A stretch of DNA of 64,000 nt from Picochlorum sp. SENEW3. Taxonomy: Eukaryota. Under the pieces are notes generated by a model. It ran no database searches and had not been told where the DNA came from. It worked only from the letters and a program-made list of their open reading frames with translations. How positions within the stretch are numbered: the stretch's first letter is position 1; each line of letters starts with the position of its first letter. Where the stretch lies: NCBI GenBank assembly GCA_034226945.1, contig CP120454.1:1-64000 (forward strand). The letters run 5' to 3'. Positions 58,332 to 64,000 of the stretch are shown here, one piece after another. Position numbers and translations under genes: made by a program.

Positions 58332-59165
58332 ATGACATTCTCGACGATTGACGACTTTTATGTGGACGATGGTGTCGTCAAGGATGGTACACCGTCGAGG
58401 ATACGGGATAATGTGTCAAGAGAGGTAGAAGAAGGTTTGCGCCGCTATGGCTGTGCACTCATCGTCAGAGCGTGTCTTCGGCTGGAGCTGCCAACGAGTG
58501 TTGCCTGTACAGCCCAGGTTCTCTTGCATCGTTTCTATTGCAAACACAGTGTAGTCGAGTATGATGTTCGGGTGATGAGCGTGTCTGCGTTCTGGTTGGC
58601 GTGCAAGTTGGAGGAAGTGATTCAGTCTGACAAATCAGGCTGCCTGACGCTGAGGGATGTTTTGGTCATGTTTTACGATGGCATCCGTCGGGAGGAGAAT
58701 GGAGGATTCATGCTGCTTGATATATATGGAGGATTTTATTTGGCGTTTAAAGACGCTGTGGTGAGGGGGGAGAGGGACATGCTGAGGTGCTTTGGGTTTG
58801 TGACACATGTGGAGCATGCACACCCATTCGTTTTGTCGCTAGGAGCTCAGCTCGGACTGGATACAAGCGTACTGCAAACTGCATGTAATATTGTCAACGA
58901 TTCGCTTAGGACGACGTTGTGTGTGCGCGTGAAGGCGCACTGCGTTGCCTGCGCTGCCCTGCTTTTCGCTGCTCGCAGACATGGGCATGGTTTGCCACAT
59001 GGGTGGTGGTATGGCTGCGGTGTTGAATGGAAGACAATTCGCTTGTGCTGTGAAGAACTGATAGATCTGTATGAAAGCCATCGTGATGGGGATGCGTACA
59101 TTTCTGTATCAGATACATTTTTAAAATTTGAAACCAAGGATGCGGGGGTATGTTGTTGTTTGTAG
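58332..59165 (+). CDS. CCNL1: Cyclin L; may splice on to a terminal exon ending ~59416
   Basis: ACTAQVLLHRFY, WLACKLEE, ERDMLRCFGF..HVEHAH, NDSLRTTLCVR. Confidence 0.85.
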   Translation: MTFSTIDDFYVDDGVVKDGTPSRIRDNVSREVEEGLRRYGCALIVRACLRLELPTSVACTAQVLLHRFYCKHSVVEYDVRVMSVSAFWLACKLEEVIQSDKSGCLTLRDVLVMFYDGIRREENGGFMLLDIYGGFYLAFKDAVVRGERDMLRCFGFVTHVEHAHPFVLSLGAQLGLDTSVLQTACNIVNDSLRTTLCVRVKAHCVACAALLFAARRHGHGLPHGWWYGCGVEWKTIRLCCEELIDLYESHRDGDAYISVSDTFLKFETKDAGVCCCL

Positions 59166-59735
59166 TCTTGTGCCTGGATGAAGAAGATTGTGATTCCCCT
59201 ACCGAAACACTGTTTAGTGAGGACATCACGTATTCGTACACTGACAGGCTTTTCTCTGTTTGACGTGTGTACTTTTTGCTGAAGCAAACCATCACCTTTT
59301 TTGCGTCTTCTTTGCAGGTTCTGCTTCAGAGCAAAACACCGCATGATGTCAAAATAAATGATTCTGGACTCGATAAACCAAATGAAAATAAAACAAAAAG
59401 GATGAGACGCCAATAGGAAGGTGCGTAGTGGTCGTCTCTTTTCTCTGTATACACTTGCCCGGTGATACCATGAATATATACGCTATTCTGAACCTCATTA
59501 CATCCTTGTGGATACACTTCTATCTTTGCTGAGGGCAAGTTGTACATTGTATTAATGTGGTATCATGTATATTCATGATGTATGAATTGTTCAGTAACAG
59601 TGTCCCCCTTGGATGTGCAGTATTACATTGTTTTTCTGTATATTCATTCAGCAGTAGCATTCATCAGGGCTGCTCTTTTTTCATGTGCAAAGTTCCCATT
59701 CGTGTAATAATAATGAAACAAATCCCACCTAGGAA

Positions 59736-60635
59736 TCATGACGTGCCAAATCCCCCAATTTGCCCAAAGGTGGTGTACAGCACCTCGCCCTCATCATCCA
59801 GGGATGCAAACAACAAATGCTTCCGTGCTTGGAATGAACCTCGACACGCAGCAGCCAAGCTTGAAGGAACCAATGGTACATCGATCGGCGCTACCCGAAC
59901 GCAAAATTGTGCATGGAACTGTGTGGGATCTCCTGGATATAGCAGGTAGTCTGCACCAAACTTTGATCCTGCAGTAATGCAGTATTTTTTCCTCTTCAAA
60001 TCTCGGAAGATTGCGTACTTCTGTCTATCAATATCGGTACTAGGATATGTCCATTCGACATGTTCCAGAAGGGCCTCATCATCCACATGAACCTCGGATG
60101 GAATGGTGAACTCTGTCCCACGTGCTAGGGCATACTGCCAGCCTTCGCCCTCTTCTTCTTGCGAGTCGCTACTGCTTTCATCAGAAATACTATCATTGCC
60201 AGGATTACTATCACCAGGGACCATACTGGCCCCTTGTCTCATTGAATCTGCATGCCTGTCAGTAGAATACAGCTCAATGACCCCAACATCCTTCAACAAG
60301 TATGTCACTTCCTCTGGACTCAACTGCAGCGGAAGTCCTCTAACAGCATTCTGTTGCTTGAAGGCTTCACAACAAAAAAACCACAGTATTAACACACGTA
60401 TCATCAACACCTATGCAACAAACCCAGAACACACCAGCCAGTCCTCCAACCATGGCCCCAACGATTCCGTACTTTTCCCTCAATACATAAGCATCTGCAT
60501 ACCATAATGGATATTTTGAACCTTAATATCATACGAATCATGATCCATTGTGACAGAATACCAACCATCAGCGCTCCAAACAAATCCCCTCCCTTGCATG
60601 ACATGCACTTTGATACGCCGCTCTGTCCCATCCAT
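59736..60635 (-). CDS. SEN34: tRNA-splicing endonuclease subunit Sen34 (3 exons)
   Basis: Exons MDGTERRIKVHVMQGRGFVWSAD / DAYVLREKYGIVGAMVGGLA / FKQQNAVRGLPLQLSPEEV...GSKFGADYLLYPGDPTQFHA...RK. Confidence 0.9.
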
Positions 60636-60970
60636 CCTGGATCGATACCATAAACATGTATATCGTTCTTATTCATTCACATTTTCTCCATGGATTGCTG
60701 GTGCACGCATCCTTTCCTGGCTTTGCTGTCAGATGTGAAATGCCACTGGCATGGCGCCATGGCCGCTCGGATCATCCATGCGATGGGAGAATGCTCATGT
60801 GTCGGAAAGGCCCTGAGATATCAATGACACGGATGAAATTGGTTGCCTTAATGCCTTATAGCATCATCAGAGTCATATTAAGATAGTAAATTGTTGTCTG
60901 AATCAGTACACAGATGTCTCCGAGTCAGGAATAAGAACAACTGCATGAACGTTGGTTCCGGAACAGCAAC

Positions 60971-61420
60971 ATGATTGTGAAAGACGTCGGGAGTGAAAAT
61001 GACTCATACCATGGATATTCAGTCCATGTGCATGATGAGAATATCGACAGTGAAGAACTGAGGCTTGAGATGGAACAGTTTGGTGTGCTAAAGGATTTCC
61101 ATGTTGAAGCCAGCCGTACCCTACCCTATACAGAATACGCGGTTGTGACATATTTTGATGTGGAGGACGCTGACAGGGCTTGTCGAATGATGCGTGGGAC
61201 TTTACCCAGTCCCAATCAGAGGGGAAGATCGAGATTGGTGGCTGTTCAAAGGAGGGCATGCTCACGTTCCAGGTCAGTTCAGAGACGTGTTCGTTCCAGG
61301 AGAAGATGTTCGTCCGCAAGTCCATCCAGTGCCTGCGATATTGTGTTAGTATCAGAGATACCTAGCACACGATTGACCACCCAGCGATGCAGATCTTGGG
61401 CTTGTGGTCTTCATGAATGA
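60971..61420 (+). CDS. Small protein with a single RRM-like segment and an Arg/Ser-rich tail
   Basis: SVHVHDENIDSEELRLEMEQFG...AVVTYFDVEDADRA resembles an RRM (Mei2-like YxD motif). Confidence 0.45.
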   Translation: MIVKDVGSENDSYHGYSVHVHDENIDSEELRLEMEQFGVLKDFHVEASRTLPYTEYAVVTYFDVEDADRACRMMRGTLPSPNQRGRSRLVAVQRRACSRSRSVQRRVRSRRRCSSASPSSACDIVLVSEIPSTRLTTQRCRSWACGLHE

Positions 61421-61501
61421 GCGTCTTTTGAGAGATTTTTGTCATTTCATATCATTCAATTCCATTTGATGCGATGCATTCGTTTTGATTTCATTCGATT
61501 A

Positions 61502-63655
61502 TTATTTTTTGCCTGTATTTCTTTTTCTCTTCCTCTCCAGATATCTGGCTTTTGCAGCAGCTATGCTGGCTTCATCATTCCTCCTACAGGGCTGTTCTGC
61601 TCCAAAAGCCTGTTCGGAGATACCAGTGCAAATTTTATTTGCACTTTTGGTAGATTGCAAATCCTTTTTCAATACATAATGGTGTGATTTTCCAGCCAAA
61701 CGCTGTATATCGGCGGTCTGAATACGATCCAACACATCTGGCAACCACTTGGAACTCACAGGTGTTACGGTTTTGAGAAACACACTGGATGTTTGAATCA
61801 GGTCGTGATAGATAATCCACTCGGGTAATAACCCATCTTTATCTATAGGAAGTCGTGCAGAACAGGGGTGGATCTGGGTAAGAGTTGAAGTAGCTGTAGC
61901 AAGGGTCCTGAATCCATTATGGCGATGTAGGCGCTTGGCAAGTCTACATGAATACCCTTTACTGAGGGCCTTCCGGACCTTATACTCCATGGGTCTTCTA
62001 TGTGCGGAACTGTGTGTATCCTCTGAGATGGCCAAGTTTCCCACGAGAGACAGTATTTGCTTGCGAACGTCATTTGCCTGCATGATTGCCCTGGGATTGA
62101 TTCCAAAGTCTGTGCACCATTTTGAATCCTTGCCTGAATCCAACCACGCCTGGAAACATCGTAGGTAGAATATATGATCTCCTAGTTCATCTGACATTAA
62201 CATTTCTATCCCATTCGCGATGCGCTCCGAAGCATCCGTGCCAAGACTTTTCAACAATTGCACTCGCTGTTGCGGACCAGTGTTCTTTGCATATAATGTG
62301 CTTTCTTGGCTGATCATGCTGGCCACGGTTACTACTTCATCCAAACAACTCAAGGTTTTCGCTTCGATAACTGACCTCGATAAGAGCGGATCCAGAGGAA
62401 GATGGGCCATTTCACGCCCCACATCTGAGATGTTGCCCGCCTTGTCAATTGCACCAATGATATATAACTCACGCAAGGATTCCTCAACAGCTGCAGCGTC
62501 TGGCTTGTCTATAAAGTCGAATTCGAAAATATTCATGGTCAGTGGAAGTGATTTCAGGTATAATACTGCTTGCATCATGCTGGTTCTCTTGATTTCGGGC
62601 TCTGTAGTGGCCCTCAGATTTTCATAGGTGGCTGATGTATATAAACGATAACACATTCCAGCTTTGGTCCTTCCAGCTCTACCAGCTCTTTGGATCGCTT
62701 GAACACGAGAAATGTGAACTGTGACGAGGCTGTCCACTCCAGTTTTTGGATTGTATTGCTTCTGCTTGCAGATTCCAGAGTCAAGTACATAAGCAATCCC
62801 ATCCACTGTGACCGAGGTCTCTGCGATATTGGTCGCAATAATACAGCGACGAATCCCATTACCAGATTTGAATGCCCGGGATTGCATTTCTGGGGGAAGC
62901 GCTGCATAAAGAGGTATGATGATAAGAGGTGAGCACTCCTGGGAACTCATGGAGGAAATGCAGGTATCGAGCGTCTTGCACACTCTCTCAATCTCTGCCT
63001 GCCCGGGCAAAAATACCAAGATATCCCCATCATATGGCTTTTGATGAATCTGAAGTACAGAGTCCACCACTGCTTGCTCAAAGTCGTCAAAATGATCTTC
63101 CTCGCTATAAACAATTTTAACAGGAAAAGACCGCCCTGGCACATTGATCACAGGGCATCCACCAAAGTAGTTTGAGAATTTCTCCGTCTCCAAGGTTGCT
63201 GAGGTAACGAGTAATCTCAGATTTCTAGTATGGCTCATGAGAGATTTCAACATGCCAAACAAAATGTCAGAGTTCAGGGACCTCTCATGGGCTTCATCCA
63301 GGATGATGCAAGAGTACTTGGACAGAAAAGGGTCTTCGTATAACTCCCTCAGGAGTACCCCATCTGTCATATAACATACCTTTGTTGCATTGGACGTTCT
63401 ATCTTCGAAGCGCACCCTGTATCCGACCAGTGTGCCCACATCACAGTTCAACTCCTGTGCCACCCTCTTTGCAACTTGGACTGCTGCCACTCTTCTCGGC
63501 TGCGTCACGACAATGCTGTCGCTTATCCCATGTTTCAGTATTATTTGTGCTAGCTGAGTCGTTTTGCCGGATCCAGTCTCCCCAACCACGATAGTTGTTC
63601 GATTTGACAGTACAGTTCTAGCGATATCGTCCTCAAACTCCCGAATGGGCAGCAT
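61502..63655 (-). CDS. DEAH-box RNA helicase (Prp22/DHX8/DHX40-like)
   Basis: GETGSGKTT, TQPRRVAA, DEAH, SAT, TNIAETS, QRAGRAGR. Confidence 0.95.
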   Translation of the reverse strand: MLPIREFEDDIARTVLSNRTTIVVGETGSGKTTQLAQIILKHGISDSIVVTQPRRVAAVQVAKRVAQELNCDVGTLVGYRVRFEDRTSNATKVCYMTDGVLLRELYEDPFLSKYSCIILDEAHERSLNSDILFGMLKSLMSHTRNLRLLVTSATLETEKFSNYFGGCPVINVPGRSFPVKIVYSEEDHFDDFEQAVVDSVLQIHQKPYDGDILVFLPGQAEIERVCKTLDTCISSMSSQECSPLIIIPLYAALPPEMQSRAFKSGNGIRRCIIATNIAETSVTVDGIAYVLDSGICKQKQYNPKTGVDSLVTVHISRVQAIQRAGRAGRTKAGMCYRLYTSATYENLRATTEPEIKRTSMMQAVLYLKSLPLTMNIFEFDFIDKPDAAAVEESLRELYIIGAIDKAGNISDVGREMAHLPLDPLLSRSVIEAKTLSCLDEVVTVASMISQESTLYAKNTGPQQRVQLLKSLGTDASERIANGIEMLMSDELGDHIFYLRCFQAWLDSGKDSKWCTDFGINPRAIMQANDVRKQILSLVGNLAISEDTHSSAHRRPMEYKVRKALSKGYSCRLAKRLHRHNGFRTLATATSTLTQIHPCSARLPIDKDGLLPEWIIYHDLIQTSSVFLKTVTPVSSKWLPDVLDRIQTADIQRLAGKSHHYVLKKDLQSTKSANKICTGISEQAFGAEQPCRRNDEASIAAAKARYLERKRKRNTGKK

Positions 63656-63703
63656 TCGGACTTCTCAGGGAATCTGATTATGAACAAAATTACAAGAAAT
63701 AGA

Positions 63704-64000
63704 TTACCCAGTGCGATGCACCGCTGTAGGATCCATAATTGGCCCTGCTTTGTCAATTTGATGGGAGTGGAAAAATAAGAGGGCATATATGAACAGATGC
63801 ATTCCTAAAAGGTATCCAAAGACACCCAGCCTCCACAAGGGAGACTGTCGAATTAAAATGACAGCCTGTAAGGCGATTCTATCCAATAACTTTGCGCTTG
63901 CCTGTACAGCTCCCCCAATGTGGCCTGGGGCATTGGCCAACCTTTCATAACCTGGTCCTAACGCATTCATTGGAACGACATTATCGTAGGAATCCCCACT
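63704..64000 (-). CDS. C-terminal end of a golgin-84-like protein (partial; continues beyond the window)
   Basis: SAKLLDRIAL...RQSPLWRLGVFGYLLGMHLFIYALL, the golgin-84/CASP-type TM with conserved Y and H. Confidence 0.7.
   Translation of the reverse strand, partial: SGDSYDNVVPMNALGPGYERLANAPGHIGGAVQASAKLLDRIALQAVILIRQSPLWRLGVFGYLLGMHLFIYALLFFHSHQIDKAGPIMDPTAVHRTG

Noticed and set aside
59204..59212. GAAACACTG as the right TIR of the hAT element
   Set aside because: Only 9 bp, flanking 8-mers do not form a TSD, there are no subterminal repeats, and it would enclose core genes.

Overview
Eukaryotic nuclear DNA from a compact, intron-poor green alga. A Picochlorum-like trebouxiophyte is inferred from gene density, short spliceosomal introns and nucleus-encoded plastid proteins; this is not confirmed. 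Bases 1-22 match the Oxford Nanopore ligation adapter, so this is probably a contig start. About 1-16 kb is non-coding and subtelomere-like: four related modular cassettes each end in a nucleosome-sized satellite array (153, 160, 160 and 171 bp, plus a second 153-bp family), with a 3.9-kb-offset segmental duplication and a 295-bp direct repeat. About 16-46.8 kb and 56-64 kb are dense housekeeping genes (SOUL, GT8, Leu/Glu dehydrogenase, folate carrier, SRP54, VPS16, Bub1/BubR1, mito S9, PGI, TopBP1, a STE20-like probable pseudokinase, Rtt106-like, Rab5, DUF179, Sec61-gamma, CPBP protease, plastid L17, cyclin L, SEN34, DEAH helicase, golgin). Between them (46.85-55.9 kb) lies an accessory island with a decayed hAT transposon and a cluster of 3 genes plus 1 fragment. 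These encode type II membrane proteins with a conserved polybasic RRR(x)L site followed by a variable hydrophobic Gly/Ala-rich tail. This is the best candidate for an undescribed system: processed, diversifying membrane-active peptide precursors. One gene is present as an inverted duplicate whose junctions carry hairpin-opening (P-nucleotide-like) palindromes.
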